Shown: in pieces, positions 63,201 to 64,000 of the stretch
How the letters are laid out: each line of letters starts with the position of its first letter
How positions within the stretch are numbered: position 1 is the stretch's first letter
Assembly (NCBI GenBank): GCA_002269645.1
Contig: NIVC01002955.1
Coordinates: 64,684 to 128,683 of the forward strand
Length of the DNA: 64,000 nt
Origin: Macrostomum lignano
Taxonomy: Eukaryota
Reading direction: 5' to 3'
Program-made: the position numbers and the translations under genes
Notes under the pieces: generated by a model
Database searches by the model: none
What the model saw: the letters and a program-made list of their open reading frames with translations, nothing else
What the model was told of the DNA's origin: nothing

Positions 63201-64000
63201 ATTGGGGGTACTTCAATGATTTCTCTTTGTTGGGTGTGGCCATAGACGATTCAGTCGAATGAGCGTACAAATGAACGTACGTGTACTGCACTTGTCGAGC
63301 TAACTCAGTGCGCAAGCAAAGTAAGCTTGTCAGATGTTTTAAAAACAGTGTTCTTGATTTTCAGACAGCTTATCTGCGACGACAGGTGTACTCCATAGGT
63401 GACAGATCAGTCACAGGCATGGTCGACTGCCTTCTTACAAAAAGAAAGACTCACAGGAACTAAAAGTTAAAGGGCAGGCCAAAAAGAAGCTGTCGTACCG
63501 GGAGGTCATCCAACCGCTTATAATCGCTAAGTGAAATGCTGCTTGCTGTGCTATGTTTACTGTTAGGTTTACAAAAAGCGACGAAAAGCAATACGAGCGT
63601 AAAACTAGCTTATGACAACAAAGCAAGACCGCCTAGTTGTTCCTGGGAGACAGCAAACTATCGCAGAGAAACATTTGGTCCGACCCTTTTACTCGGTCGT
63701 CCGGCACTCGGTCGAGTATTAAGTGCGGACAGATGCATAGCTCGTACAGCCAGTCTGGTACGCCCAAGGGTGCGCGGCGCGCCGGGTGGCCTATGGCCGG
63801 TTGCGGGACGCACTCCTTGTCCAGTCAGGGGTGGACGTTCGAAAAAAATTGGGCAGAATTTGGTTCACTCTACGTAACAGTATAGATAGTATGCATGGCT
63901 TTGTTATGTCACGGAAAGCATGAAAACCGTCATCGACTTAAACAATCACAATAATAAATGTGTATCTCCCTCTGGTCAGGAGCATGCAAGGTGAGGACGC

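Noticed and set aside
60330-63885. Short ORFs, including 62409-62691, as a gene or the missing dynein exon
   Set aside because: No domain similarity or consistent splice model could be supported.

Overview
Eukaryotic (animal) genomic DNA with GT-AG introns packed with 20-22 bp minisatellites. A free-living flatworm such as Macrostomum is my inference and cannot be verified here. There are five host genes: a ~980-aa protein with about six tandem LRAT-like domains (-), an F-box/LRR gene (+), a claudin-superfamily gene (+), a DNAH5/8-class axonemal dynein heavy chain (-, ~4,600 codons) and a secreted 2xWSC gene with two 9-nt micro-exons (+). The main accessory feature is a 14.8-kb Maverick/Polinton (adintovirus-like endogenous virus) at 37738-52570, immediately upstream of the first recognisable dynein exon. 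It has TIRs and a full gene set: integrase, protein-primed PolB, adenain protease, packaging ATPase, major and minor capsid, parvovirus-type PLA2, an adenovirus pX-like protein and several unknown ORFs. All its frameshifts are single-base deletions at about the same density as those in the host dynein, so it may be intact in vivo. Also present: a 2.15-kb RT-less Ngaro-type tyrosine-recombinase element with all four split direct repeats, a dead R1/LOA-like LINE carrying a nested tRNA-SINE, a second SINE copy, two foldback MITEs and hAT-like fragments.
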